Positions 1 through 14,849 of a DNA stretch of 64,000 nucleotides are shown in pieces. The notes beneath the pieces were generated by a model. That model was not told the origin of the DNA, made no database searches, and was given only the letters and a program-made list of their open reading frames with translations. How positions within the stretch are numbered: position 1 is the first letter of the stretch; each line of letters opens with the position of its first letter. The position numbers and the translations under genes were made by a program. Origin of the DNA: the human T2T-CHM13v2.0 reference genome, Homo sapiens. The stretch lies in assembly GCF_009914755.1 (NCBI RefSeq), contig NC_060936.1; one strand, 5' to 3'.

Positions 1-1269
1 GTTTTATTATGGGTACTATATTGCATAGCATAAGTGTGTTTTCTTATTTTATACATATATACCAAATATATATTATATATTTGAAGGGATAATGTGTATA
101 TTATAGATCACATTTTATATTCTGCCACATACGACCATAATTGAAGTAATAAATACCTTTAAAATAACCGATTATTGCAAGTTTTAAGGCAGGAAGTCTG
201 AGAACATAATAGAAGATTAGAGATAAAATATGCACTTATTTCCATTCTAATCTATATTATTGTTTTAAAATATTTTTAGATGTATGTGACAAAGATATTC
301 TAATATTACCTAATTATAAAACACATAATTAGGCTGTATTTACTATCATTTTTGTCATTTAGGTATCAAAGGTCATTTAAGAATTTGTCATGAGAAACTG
401 CCTTTTGTTTTTAGACTTACAGTAATGCTTAAATATTATTTCCCCAACATCTTCTATATCTCAAACTTGGTGGCATACTTTGCAGGCCATAGTAAGAGAC
501 TGTGACAACCATCCTTTCCAATACTCATTACTAAGAAAATAATACAATTTAATCTGACTATACCTATTAGGATGCAAAAAATGCCAGTAATCTCAAAAAT
601 AATTAGATGCAATAAATTATGGCAAAATCCCTAACATTTCAGCTTTGCAGTTGTAGAAAAATGTGCCAGTTCAGTTGCATTTAAAATATTTAATTTGATC
701 CCTAAAACTGAAATAGTTGTTGCCATTCTTATTGCACTTACGGTAAAATGTTTGCTTTATGTAAAACCTAATGGGTAAACTAGACGATAAGATTTAATCA
801 TATTTTGTTTTTTAGCCATAATTCTAGGAGTTCATCTGAGAAACTCAGGGATGAAATGAGATTCTTAGATCATTAAGTTACCTCCTCCATACTTGTATAT
901 GAATTGTGTAAATTACTTTATTTTGCTCGAGTTTTTTTTTTATTATCGCAATGGGCAACAGGTGAAACATAAATACACCTTCCCATGGGTGTTTCTAACT
1001 CTGATGTGAAGAAATCAACGGGGAAACAGAAACATGCTCTGGTTAATATAATTAAATGGAGCTTATTGTAAGTATATACTGAAGATATGAGGATATAAAA
1101 ATTAAAACTTTCCCAACAGGTTTGTTGAAATTTAGAAAATAATTCACAGTCAATTAGAGGACATACAGATTAGTAGACTAAAAGCAGTTCTGATTATTTA
1201 ACAGTGAATTTTCTAATTTTCTATACTTGAAATCATGACTGCAGAAAGTCATTGCCTTTTAATCTGCCA

Positions 1270-2037
1270 GGTGTTACCTGGATTCAGATACTAGTTCAAA
1301 GATTTACCAATTGTGTAAACTTCATGAGGTTATTTAATCCATCTATACTTCAGTTACCACATTTAGAATAACAGGACTGAATTTATGGAGTTGTTTTAAG
1401 GTGTGTTGATTATCTATTGTTTTGTAACAAATTGCCACAAGTTTAGCTGGTTAAAACAAGATACAATTATTATAGTTCCTGTAAGTCAAGAGTCTAGCAC
1501 AGTTTATCAAGATCTGCTCAGGGTTTCACAAGGCAATTGTTTTGGCTGCATTCCTTTTGGAGCTCAGAGCTCTCTTTGAAGCTCCATGTGATGGTTAGCT
1601 GAATTCAGTGTCTTGTTTTGTGTGACTGGTGTTCCTATTTTCTTGCTGGCTACCATCCTGGAGCTGCTCTCAGCTACAAAAAACATCCTATAATTCCCTG
1701 CCATGAAGCCTTGTCAGGCCATCTCACGGGTCTTCTATTAATAAGACAACTTGCCTCTTCAGGACCAGCTGGAGACTGTCTTATTCCTGTCTGCAAAATG
1801 GAATCTTATATAAGCTAAAATAGTCACGACAGTGATTTCCATATTCTTTACCATATTCTCTTGACTAGCAGCAAGTCATAGGTTCAGCCTTCATGAAAAG
1901 AAGGAGATTATGTAAACATGTGACTCATTGGTGGTCAGCTCAGGGTGTGTCCCACACACAAAGATTAAATCAAGAAATCCAGGTAAAACATTTATAATCC
2001 TGTTGGCATAAACACATCCTCAGTAATTGTAGCTCTT
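1270..2037 (+). mobile_element. MIR SINE split by an MLT1 LTR (about 1270-1401 and 1959-2037)
   Basis: MIR core-like text (ctggattcagatactagttc...cttcagttaccacattt...gttgttttaagg) resumes after the LTR as aagattaaat...gtaaaacattta. Confidence 0.6.
1402..1958 (-). mobile_element. MLT1 (E/F/G-like) MaLR solo LTR
   Basis: Begins tgtgttgattatctattgttttgtaacaaattgccacaagtttagctggttaaaacaa, the reverse complement of an MLT1 3' end; ends ccacaca. Confidence 0.7.
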
Positions 2038-2671
2038 ACGTCTTACTGAGCTTTTTACTTAGAAAAATTTTCTAGTATCTTTGTGCCTCCTATTGCTTTA
2101 TGAATTCAGTTGCTTCCACTGTTAGGTCATCTTACAAGTTTCCTTATAGTATTTTCTCTCTTTCTTTTTCTGCACCACTGATCACAGGCTCTGTCTTTAT
2201 GCATCTAAACTGCCAAGTTAGTGATGTGATTCTCCGGTTTTTGCATTGTCAGAAAGTCAAATGCCAATTTTATAACCTCATGAAGGTGAAGAACCAGTCA
2301 GATTCTTTGGTTGCTGGGGTAAGAAAAGTTAATTAAACCTGTGACCATTCTCAAACAAGTGAGGGCATAAATTCCAGCTGATGTTGGCCTGTTCAGTTAG
2401 TGCAATAAGGTCTCAGTCACACATCAATTACATAGTATAGAAACAGTACTAGCACCATTATTAGCAGATATTAATGTAGGCCAGGTGTATTGTGGGTGAG
2501 TGCCCGAATGCTTCTCCTCAGTGTTTCATAAGTAGAATTATGTCTCATTCTCTCCTGAAATCCAATATAATCATGTGTCACATAATTATGTTTCAGTAAA
2601 AAATGGACCAGATATACCATGGTAGTTCCATAAGATTATAATACCACATTTTTACTGTACCTTTTCTATAT

Positions 2672-2677
2672 ACATTG

Positions 2678-2708
<31 letters not shown>

Positions 2709-2999
2709 TAAGATAGGATCTTGCACTTTTGCCCAGGCTGGAGTTCCACGGTGGTGCAATCATAGCTCACTGCAACCTTGAACTCCTGGGCTCCAGGGAT
2801 GCTCCCACCTTGGTCTCCTGAGTAGCTAGGACTACTCAGCATGCAACCATGTTCAGGTAATTTTTTTTTTTTGTAATTTTTAGTAGAGATGAGTTTCCAC
2901 TCTTTCCAAGGCTGGTCTTGAACTCCTGGGCTCAAGAGATCTTCCTGCATTGGCCTCCCAGTGTGCTGAGATTACAGGAGTGAGCCACCATACCCTGTT
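2672..2999 (-). mobile_element. AluJ with tail converted to (TG)n
   Basis: Dimeric Alu with J-type ctcctgggctcaag; 12-bp TSD ccttttctatat at 2660-2671 and 3000-3011. Confidence 0.92.
2676..2700. repeat. (TG)n microsatellite
   Basis: About 12 perfect TG units at the Alu tail position. Confidence 0.95.
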
Positions 3000-3410
3000 C
3001 CTTTTCTATATTTAGATATGTGTAGATACAAAAATACTTGCCATTGTGTTACAATTGCCTACAGTATTCAGTACAGTAACGTGCTGCACAGGTTTGTAGC
3101 CTAGGAGCAATAGGCTATACCATATAGCCTTGGTGTGTAGCAGGCTAGTACTAGTAGACCAGCTAGCTTTGTGTAATTGTACTCTATAATGTTTGCATGA
3201 GGACATTGCCTAAGGACAAATTTCTGAGAATCTAACCCCTTTATTAAGCAACACGTGACTGTACTGAAATACACTTCTTGGCTTGTGTTTTTGTAGAGTC
3301 ACCTTATTAACTCATTAGCTTTTTTAAAATTATAAACCTTCCACAGTAATGATTATATCCCCAGTAAGTTCCCTCAAAATATCTTACTACTGTGTCAATA
3401 GTACTCTAGG

Positions 3411-3611
3411 ATGTTTGTGCTCTATTCAAATTCACATTTTGAAGTTCGATCTACCTATATGTTAGTATTTGGAGACTGGGCTTTGGGGATGTAGTTAGGA
3501 TAAGATGAGGTCATAAAGGCAGGGCCATCATGATGGGATTAGTACCTTTATAAGAAAAGAAACCAGAGCTTGCTTTTTCTCTCTATGCTTTTCATATATT
3601 ATTGTCATCAA
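3411..3611 (+). repeat. 201-bp direct duplicate of 5399-5599 (MLT1A 5' part plus flank)
   Basis: Ungapped manual alignment, 17 mismatches in 201 bp. Confidence 0.92.
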
Positions 3612-5385
3612 ATAATTCAAATATCCAAGGGGTTAACTGGATTGGGAAAGATATTTTCAGGTAAGTAAATGACACTTTTTCACAGAGAGAAATTTTCATG
3701 TTGTTTAACAACTGAATAACCTTTATAAAATAATATATTGCTTTTAGCAAGTAGACTGAATTGCTAATTTGTGACTTTATTGTCAATCTTGTGTAAATTT
3801 GGCAGTTGTTTTATATATTTTAAAGAGTACTAGAGATTATCCTTTTAAATTATCAAAGTAAATCATTTACATGGTCAATATTATAAAAATATTTATTTCA
3901 CACTTATTTGCTGTACCCTATAATAATTCCATAATTACATCTTTATCAGCATATTTCAACATAGTAATTTGTTTGTATTAAGTGTTGGTCATTATTAAGG
4001 GTATTTCCTTCCCAGACATATCCTGTTTTTTGTCCCCTGTAGCAAGTAGAAGGAGGATTATACATCACCTTTAGAGCTTATATTCCAAATTTTTCTGGAG
4101 TCATAGCCACTGACTGATTATAACAGGACAATTCTGTACAGAAATGAGTTCCAAAGTAGCATTCATTGATTACAGTTTTTGATTCCCATGGGCAATAGCC
4201 TCTAATCTTCTACTATCTGGAGCATTCCTACTGATTATATATTGAACATAAATATTTGTTCATGGTAATAAGCAGTTAGGAAGCTGTGCTATAAGCTACA
4301 TTTTCATTTTATATATTCAGGTACTCTGAGTTGCATATCTTTTTCACAACTTTTTAAAATTTTAGCTTGGTATTCTAGGATTTCAGACTACACAATTCTG
4401 ATTCCATTTCAATTAATGTAACAAAATTCTCTCCCTGAGTGAATACCCAGGATTATTTTAATGTTTGAGTTTTAGCCTAGTAGCCAAATATGTTAAGGTT
4501 ATAATCAGGCCAGATTTATAAAGCTTCTCCTCCACTTTCTGGAATTCCTGTCCTTAACTTTATTTCTGAAGTAAAAACTGTTCCAGTGCTTCTCTTTGAC
4601 TTAGGAGGATATTCTCACTTCCCACTACTTCGTTTCAAATATGCTAGGTATAACTTGTTAAAGCTCCTCAGGCCAGTTAAAATGGCACCGAGATTTCATT
4701 TCCTATGATTATCGAGTCAATGCATTTTAAATCTCATTTTTCCCATAAATCATATTAACTCAGAACCTCTTCAAAATATTTCAATCAGTAGCACTTCCTT
4801 CTTCAGGAGAAGACAGATCATACCCACGTTATCTACATACATCTTAGTCTGATAGGACTGTACAAATTTTCATATTTCCTCTAACTATATCATGAGGCTT
4901 TAGATAATGCATTCTTTTTATGTACAGCTATTTTTGCTGAAACCAAATTACTCAGACATTTTATACTATTTGTGCATGATTATTTTAATACTTCAGAGAA
5001 CATGGCCAAGCAGCATGTAGTTAGACCCTGTACGCAGACTTCCTCCTTGTTAAATTGTTTTGTGCCCTCTTTGTCTTTAAAAATTATTGTATTAATTTTA
5101 TCCGTAAACAATTTACCTGTTAATTTTTATCTAACAAAAAAATCAAATTGTTGGACTTACTGCATATAATATGGCAGAAATTAAATCTCTAAGGGAACTA
5201 GAACTGTGTTCTTAGTACATGTAGTAGACTTATTCTTTGCCCCCTAATATCTTCCTGAAAATACCAGTTCAATTTAATTGCTTTTGAGGAGCTTTGTTGA
5301 GCAGGCACTTTCCTATGAGAAAGGCTTTTAGACATTACCCTGGACAGCTGACCACAAAGTGATAACTCAGCACATCTAGAGGCCC

Positions 5386-5575
5386 TGTTATGGACTGAAT
5401 GTCTGTGCTCTATTCAAATTCACATTTTGAAGTTCTATCTACCTATATGGTAGTATTTGGAAATTGGGCTTTGGGGATGTAATTAGGATAAGATGAGGTA
5501 ATAAATATGGGACCTTCATGATGGGATTAGTACCTTTATAAGAAAAGAAACCAGAGCTTGCTTTTATTCTCTATG
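5386..5575 (+). mobile_element. MLT1A-like LTR, 5' portion
   Basis: Canonical start tgttatggactgaatgt; atgatgggattagtacctttataagaa. Confidence 0.8.
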
Positions 5576-7418
5576 CTTTTTATATATTATTGTAATCAAT
5601 AGCCACAATTCTCTGAGTTAAGTAAAATTTGGGTCTCCATGTTTCAGATAAAAGAACTGCCAAGTTTAATTTACTTGTGCCAGGTAACAGCTCTGTAAGA
5701 CTAGTGACTGATATACAAGAAATCTGACTATAGAAGCCAAAGGTGAGCATGAACAATATTTTATTATAAATAAATACTCTGACCATATTAATTTTTCCTC
5801 AAACAGCTGTGTACTATGAAACTCTGCTTTCTTCTCAGGCCTGGAACCCATTATCCATTTTATTTCTGCACTGCTGTGAAACTTTTATAATAGCATTCAT
5901 TACATGGAATTCAATTATTGGTTTCTATTTCAAGTTCTTCATAGTAAACTTGAGAGCCCTAATATCTTTCCATTATAGTGCAATATGATGTAAAAAATGT
6001 CATTTTAAAAAATAATATTTCTATCTATTGGTTTTGCAGATATAAATATTATCTTGAAAAATAACAATTTGAAAATCTCAATAATCACTTTGGCCCTTTT
6101 TATACTCAGTTTAAATTCCAGCCTCTTCACCTTTTGGGACACTCTGCTCTCTGTTGCACAATGTCATTTACCAAAATTATTTTGCTTTACCTTGGGCACA
6201 ATGATATTTTTGTTTCTTGTAAAAATCCATCTGATAATGAAGATACATTTCAAAACAAAGTAGACTTATTTGTCTCTGTGTATTGATTTACATTTTACAT
6301 CAGGCAATCTATTCTTTATTTTAATACTAATTCTATTTCATCACAAATTCTCAAACAGTCATCTGAAGTAGTCTATCAATAAGAGAACTTTGTATAAGTA
6401 TTTTCTATTATTGGTTTTTGGGACATTCTTAATGAACATAAAAAATATATATTTTGCCTGAATTACAAGGTAAATTTAGGTGAAACAAAAAGTGAGGAAA
6501 TGCAAAGTCAACCTATCAAATATTTAGAAGAATACAAATGGAGGCAGCCAGAACCATAAGAAAAAATACATTTATTTGATTTTATAAAATAAAATATTAA
6601 AAAGTGTCTAAGTTCTTTGATTGCCAAGAATAGTTTATGCCTATATTAGTTGAAGTTGAGCAAAATTATCATTTTACAATTATCTGGCATAATGGTTGCT
6701 CATAATGTATCTTATGTGTCAGATAAAATCTCCCAATAGGAATGGAGAAAATCATTTAAATGCTGTATAATAGATATCCAATAGCTGTTGATATTTTCAA
6801 TGATTTAACTTTAGTTTTGATTGGAATCAACAACTCAAACCTCCCAAATCTGAAACAGAAAATTTAGCAACATCAAGATTATAAGGTTTCTTTGATTACT
6901 TTCCTCCTCTGATTGGCTTCCTGTGCTGGCTACTTAATCAGCTAGTAACAGGCCCAATCAGATATAAATTTCCTAAACTTCTAAATTATGAAACATCATA
7001 TATATATAGTTACACTTATTTTTTCAAATAAATTTGATTTTAAACTAACCCATACTTATTTATGCTCAATTTTGTTTCATTTTCTAATTATTCAAAAAGA
7101 AGACTTTTAACAAATTAATATAAACATAAACCTCACATTGCACCCCATAAATATATCTAAGAAGAAATATTTTAGAATAAAAACAAGTTAGCATATTAAT
7201 TAAAAAGATAGCTTTACCCACCATATATAAGTATTTTACATTCTAGGAGGACTGTTTTGAATAACCACTACTGTATTCACTATTTATTCTCAACTTAAAT
7301 GCTACAATAGTATAGTTTGCTATGGTAATAAGTACTTGAGTTATTTTGATTGAATAAAGTTTAGATAGAAATATGTCAAATTTTTAAAAGCAGAACTCCT
7401 AATACAAATGGAAAGTTA

Positions 7419-8571
<1,153 letters not shown>

Positions 8572-10044
8572 AAGAATTCTAAGGAGAGGTACTGATCCCT
8601 GATAAGAATGAATGTGGAGAGAAGGTGACGGTGCCGATTTTGATTGCTTTTCTCCAGCTTACTGAACAAACAGACTGAAGAATTACTGCAGAGATATATA
8701 GGCAACTATGTTTAGCTGAAATAGGATTGTGTGATAACAGCAAATTAACAGAGAACATCTGATGAAAGCAAAGGAAAACATAACCTCCGCAAAAAAGGAG
8801 TATAATATACAATTCAAATATAGTCCTGATTGGGAAGGAACATTAGTATTTAACTAAAGATATATCATTAAGTGAAATAATGTATGGAGAAAGAAACATG
8901 CCAATTGTTCTATAAATGCTCATGTTTGCTTGGAAATATATTACCTGTTTTTCCTAAGAAATAATTTTGATAAAGTGTTATGTATTCATTTAGTAAAATA
9001 TTTTGTCAATAGGACCATGTTTGAGTCAGGAGGACCATATCTTATTTTACATGCTACTTAAAAATGCAAGAACGAAATAGGAATGACAAATAGAAAGAGA
9101 GTGTGTAGTTGTGGCATTATTGTTCCTACAAATTGGAGGAGTAATTGATATGGAGATAAGAAGGAATTAATGCTGTGAACAAAGACTGAGATTATATAGA
9201 CAAGAATTTGAGATACGTATAAAAACACATTTGTTCAACCTATTAGCTAAATAATATCTTGGAAGTTTCTCTCTCTTGCCATTTATCCTGCTAATATGTT
9301 CCTGATCAGTTTAAATGACCAAGTGTGCATAAATCTACATGGCTTTTCATTCTTTTCCATTGGCAACACTTCATGGAAAGAAACTCTACAGGAGAGGGTT
9401 AGAACAAGTTATGAACAAGTTAGGAGAATTCATAATCCATCAATATTGAAATATTTTTGGTAAGTATAACATAATAGAATACCCTGTGTTATGTTATACA
9501 TGATAGAATACTATTATTAATGTTGCTAAGTAAAGGGCTTCAAGCTCCAGCATTTGCCAAAAGACTGAGAGGAGTTTGCAAATTAAATTTGAATTAATGG
9601 TGTCCTGGCAGGAGCATGTAAAGGAGTCACGAGACTAGGTTATGCCAGATACTAAAAATTTGACATTAGAGAAATCATTCAAACTCATTGGACATTCACC
9701 TGTAAGGTTTTGTCTTTATTTCTTTCATTTTCCTAATTAGATTACATTGCTCATTATATTAACATGTTTTGAGAATATATATTTTTATGTTTTTCATAAA
9801 ACATTTTATATGTATATATATATTTTATATGTATATCTATGTGATACCACATATACATTAGGAAACCTATAATAAAAAAGACAGAAGATAAGTTTTGATG
9901 AGGATATGGCAAAAATGAAACCTTCGTACATGATTTCGGGGATGTAAAATGATGTAACTGCTTAGAAAAATGCCTTAACAGTCTTCAAAAAATTAAACTT
10001 AGAGTTACCATAGTACCTAGCAATTCCACTGTTAGGCATATACT

Positions 10045-10363
10045 TTTCTGAGTCTGTTCTGTGCTGTTACAGCAGAATACTATATACTAGGTAATTTATA
10101 AAGAAAATAAAATCATCTCACGGTGGAAGGCAGGAGGGCAAGAGAGCTCGAGAAATAGCAAGGGAGATAGAGATGGCCAAACTCGCCTTTATAACAAGCC
10201 CACTGCTGTGATAATGAACCCACAATAACAGCATTAATTTATTCATGAGGGCAGAGCCGCCATGACCTATACACCTGCCGTTAGGTCCCACTTCTCAACA
10301 CTATTGCACTGGGGATTAGGATTCCAACATATGAAATTTGGGGGACACATTCAAATCATAGCA
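10045..10363 (-). mobile_element. MSTC/MSTD-like MaLR solo LTR with internal deletion
   Basis: Ends gggggacacattcaaatcatagca; 5-bp TSD atact/atgct at 10040-10044 and 10364-10368. Confidence 0.82.
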
Positions 10364-10769
10364 ATGCTCAAAATAATTGAAAACATATGCAAACACAAAA
10401 CATTTTCATGAATAGTCATAACCACATTGTTCATAATAGCCCAAAGTGGAAATAGACTGAATATTCATTAATTGATACACAATAAACAAAATGTGACATA
10501 CCCACTCATAGGAGTAATACTGATCTATAAAAATGAACGAAATACTGACTCATGCTACAACATAGGTGAATCTTGAAATCATTATACTAAATGAAACAAG
10601 CTACACACAAAAGGCTAATCATTTTATGATTATATTTTTATGAAGTGTCCAAAATAGACAAATTCATAGAAACAGAAAGTAGGTTTACAAGGAGGCCTGG
10701 AGGGGAAAATGAGATGTGACTTCTAATGGGTATCTGGTTTCTTTTGGGTTAATGAAGATATTCTGGAAT

Positions 10770-10966
10770 TAGAGTGATTATTGTAAAACTATATGAATAT
10801 GTGATAATACACTAAATTGTATACTTTAAAAGGTGAATTTGTTGTTTTGTGAATTAATCTCAATAGGCATAGAGTGATTATTGTAAAACTTTTATGAATA
10901 TAGTAAAATACACTAAATTGTATACTTTAAAAGGTGAATTTGTTGTTTTGTGAATTAATCTCAATA
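10770..10966. repeat. About 100-bp tandem duplication of the L1MB 3' terminus
   Basis: 10770-10865 and 10870-10966 are nearly identical, separated by ggca. Confidence 0.93.
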
Positions 10967-11189
10967 AGAATAATAAAATTTAATACATTATAGGTGGAAT
11001 TTAAGGTTAACTGTAAAAAATAATTCAGGTTCTACATTTTTATAGTTTTATTTATGAATTTTGACTAGAGAAAGTTAACTTAGAACAACAAATTTACTAT
11101 TTCTTAAGCTTTTTATAATCACTTTGATTATATTAGAATTATAATGCTTTATTAATTAACATAGACTGTGTGTGAATGGAAAATAATTT

Positions 11190-12370
11190 CAAGTTTGGAA
11201 AAAGATACAACTGACAAAGAGTTTATATTCACAATACACTAAAGCTCACTTAAATCAATAAGAATAAACTAAGAATCTTACTTAAAATTGATAAACAGAC
11301 TCGAACAGGAATTCTCAAAGAGGATATTCAAATGTCAGATATATTTTAAAATGGTCAGTCACATTAGAAAATGCTCATTTATCCTTAGCAAGTTAAGATG
11401 AAAACTATGTATTATTGCAAACAAATCAGAATAAATAGAATTTTAAGAATAGTAATAACAAGTGTTGGCAACAATGTAAGGTATTAGTATATCCACCATA
11501 TTGCTGATGGAAGTTCAAATTTGTATAATTGTATTAGAAAACTCTTAGGCATTATCTACTAAAAATAGACATATACATACCCTGTAACCTAGCAATTCTA
11601 CCCGAAGTATCAACGAGCCAAATGCAAAATGCCTGTATGTATACAAGAAGCTTCATTGCATTGCTGTTTTAGCCCAAAGTCCATCAATTGTAGACTGACG
11701 AATAGATCAACGAATAGATTATATTAGATTTTCATCAACAATGAAAATATATGAATAGCATATAAAAATAAAATTTAATTTTATCTATATAATGTAACCA
11801 GACATGTTATTAATTTAATTAAAAATACATGCAAACCTAATATATGGTATAAAAAGTCACGATTTTGATGAAGTTTAGGAAGACAAGAGCATTTATTTAC
11901 TAGAAGAGAACATAGGAACTTCTAACATGCTGGTAATGTTCTATATTTTGAGTTAGGTACGGTTACGTAACCACTGAGCAGACCCATTGTGATTTCTGCA
12001 TTCTTTTGTATGTTGTGCTTCCATGCAAATGTTATTTAAAATTTAAGTTAACAACTTATATACATATGTGATCTCATATATATGAATACTTCTGTACAAA
12101 ATCATATCTATATATTATTTATAAATACATTATATTTAAAATAGTCTGTGTTCATAGCTGAAAAATGCATTACATGTATATGATGTAAAAAATATAGCAT
12201 TTATAAATACCAAGAAAAAGTTCTAATTGAATGAAACACAACCTTTAGCAGTGCATATTTCTGGGTATTGGCCTGGGATGGAAGAGGCTAGCAGGGACAC
12301 TCAGTATTTCCTTCTGAAAAATTAAAATTTTATTCTACTGAGATCACTCATGTATTACATATATGAATTT
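11190..12370 (+). mobile_element. Old L1ME-like 3' fragments
   Basis: Degenerate ORF2-end and 3'UTR motifs (actgacaaagagtttatattc, cctagcaattcta, tgctggtaatgttctatattttga). Confidence 0.6.
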
Positions 12371-13744
12371 TAATACAAAATGATAAGCAACATTAAATAC
12401 ATTTTTTCTCATTAATGTTTTCAGAATTATAAAATTTAAATCATCTCAGTATAGCGTGGGACCATTACAGAAGAAATGCTCGGTGGTAAAAATCAGTCAC
12501 CTGTGTCAAGGCATTTTCAGACAGGGAACAATATTTAGCAAGCAATAAAGTACAATCTTGGCAATAATTTCTATCCCTATACTCTACACTTTCTTAAATC
12601 TGCAAAGTTTAAAATCTTAGCAAGTTTTTAAGGTATTCAGGGCAGTGGAATTATGTGGAAGCATTTCTCTCATAAATCTGTTTTAAAATTTTACAATTCA
12701 ATATTTTATGATCCTATGCCAAATCTATATGGCAGATACTTTCTACATTTCATTCTTCTTGACAGCAGTGGCCTTTTACCCTTGTTTTCAAAAGTAGAAT
12801 GTAACCACACCAGGAAATTAAAAACAGCATTATTTAGTGAGATTCTAGTTATTATTTTTCTACTCAATATAGGTAATGCCTATGCTTAACATGCTCCTTG
12901 GCACTATTCTGTAATTATTGAAGTTTCCCACCCCCTGTAAAATAAAAGAATACTTTTAATTAATCTATATATTCAGTATTGTTCCAATCAGTTTTATTTA
13001 AAGCAAAATGAATAAAAATATTTTTTCAAAGTCTCAAGTGATAAATTTAGAAGCAAGACTGAAGGAGGAAAGAAGTATTTCTTTTCATTGAGTGCAGCAT
13101 ATTTCTAAGATTTGTCTGTAAAATAATTGGAATAATAGAAAAAATCCATCAAGTCTGTCAAAATGACAGCAAATTTGGAAAAAAGTGAGGATGGGCAACA
13201 TTTATATAAAATCTATTAGCGAAGCAGCATTGGTTAGAAAGGTGGTAAAATGGCTATGGTTAAAGACCAGGATAAGTGGCTTTTCTTCTATACAAATTAT
13301 TGTTTTTGAGTTCTTTCATATTGCCAAGCATAAAAATTCACCTAATTTATTCAATAAATATTCATTGAACATATACTGTATTCTAGATACAAAATAAAGT
13401 GTTGTGAAAATAAGATGTATAATGTTGTATGGCTGCTTGTATTATGAGAACATGATTGTGAAACTTAGTTTCTTTGAGATTTCAAAAATCCAGAAACACT
13501 ATTATAATTCAAGCTGAGTATAGACTACAAGTTCTCTAGAGAAAAGAAAATCTAAGTTGATCATATTATTTCAATGTATTCTGTCTAGGAAATGTCACAT
13601 TTTATGCGGCCCTGGCTATTTTATTTTCTACTTTATTTTTCTCTCTGTAAATATTTTCTTGTGTTCACTTCTGTTACAAGTTCACTTCTGTCTAAAGCCT
13701 CATTTTAGTATATGGCCAAAATGGTTACATGTTTCTCTCATACC

Positions 13745-14305
13745 AGTGTGTACACTCTTCACAATATGACTCCTGCAATCAAGAGGAATTTATATCTCTA
13801 TGTCTCAAATTTATTTATGTATTGTTTTATTTTATTTTAACTGACATATAATAATTGCATATATGTATGGGGTAGAATATTATGTTTTGATACATGTATG
13901 TATTGTGGAATGATCAAGCCAGGCTAAATTTAGTTTGTACCGTGCAAATTGGTTTGGCCAAAGTGACATTAGCCAAGGTGACACAGCAGAGGCTTTCAAA
14001 GTGGTTGCTCATCAGTGCTTGGCCAGTCTTGCTGTTGACAACGTTGGACTATCACGTAATGAAGCCCAAAACAGCCTCATGGAAGATGAGAGACATGGAA
14101 ACATCGGCCCAACTGAGCTAAGCTTCTCACCTGTTCCAAGAGAGACTGGTCCCCTGCTGACCTACAAGCTGACTGCAGTCCCATGAGTTATCCCACATGA
14201 GAGCAGAGAGAAAATATACAGCCACTCAAAGAATCATGAGGAATTATATATTGTTCTTGTTTTGAGTCATTAAATTTGGCGTGGATTTTATGCAGAAAAA
14301 AATAC
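13745..14305 (+). mobile_element. MLT1F/H-like LTR interrupted by a short minus-strand L1MA 3' end (about 13820-13926)
   Basis: MLT1 motifs tttggccaa...gtgacacagcagaggct, gagtcattaaattt; L1MA tail ttaactgacatataataattgcatatatgtatggggta. Confidence 0.65.
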
Positions 14306-14325
14306 AATTACTTTGATTATTGCAT

Positions 14326-14780
14326 GTATCATCAATTAGGGTTTTTCTTTTGCATTCAAAATAAATCTAACCTAAGCCAAACTTGCTCAAGAAGTTAGAA
14401 AATATTTTGCTTCACCTAAGTCTGAAATCTAGAGACACAGTTTCAGGTGTTTATGTAAATTGATCAAGGTTTCAAATGATACTGATGAAGAGAGCCTGAT
14501 TTTTCTCTTTTCTCAGTTCTGCACTCTGTCATTATATATTACTTTTGAATTAAATCATTGCCTGTCTTAAAATGGGTGTATTTTTATGATTCCTAGGAAA
14601 TTCTTCTTGGGTTTTATTGACCTCAAATACACTAATTGTCTTTACTCTAGATCACATGTTACAATTCTTAGCTGGCTTACTGCCCCCATCTGATATATAA
14701 AATTACTCAGAATGATAACAAGTATTTTGTGGAATGAAGGGCGACTAAATTCTACATGTCAAGAACACCAGGTATTCACT
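14326..14780 (-). mobile_element. MLT1K/L-like LTR
   Basis: Degenerate match to the reverse complement of an MLT1K/L 3' end (tgtatcatcaattagggtttttcttttgca...tttcaggtg...gatcaagg). Confidence 0.5.
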
Positions 14781-14849
14781 ATATGATAAGTTAGTTGACT
14801 CCCTAATGAACGTTTATCAGCATTATGATAAACTACATGAGTATCTGAA

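Larger units (their letters stand above)
2568..3261 (+). mobile_element. Tigger3a (MER7/Golem-type) DNA transposon interrupted by an AluJ
   Basis: TIR-like ends taatcatgtgtcacataa / ttaagcaacacgtgactg; TA at 2566-2567 and 3262-3263; body matches recalled Tigger3a (caattgcctacagtattcagtacagtaac...). Confidence 0.88.
9870..10975 (+). mobile_element. L1MB7/8-like 3' end, interrupted by an MST LTR
   Basis: ORF2-end and 3'UTR motifs (acctagcaattccact, catgctacaacataggtgaatcttgaaa, ctttaaaaggtgaattt...ctcaata). Confidence 0.8.

Noticed and set aside
3625-3666. Strong splice donor CAG/GTAAGT next to the duplicated segment
   Set aside because: No convincing acceptor or coding signal; isolated donors are expected in 64 kb.
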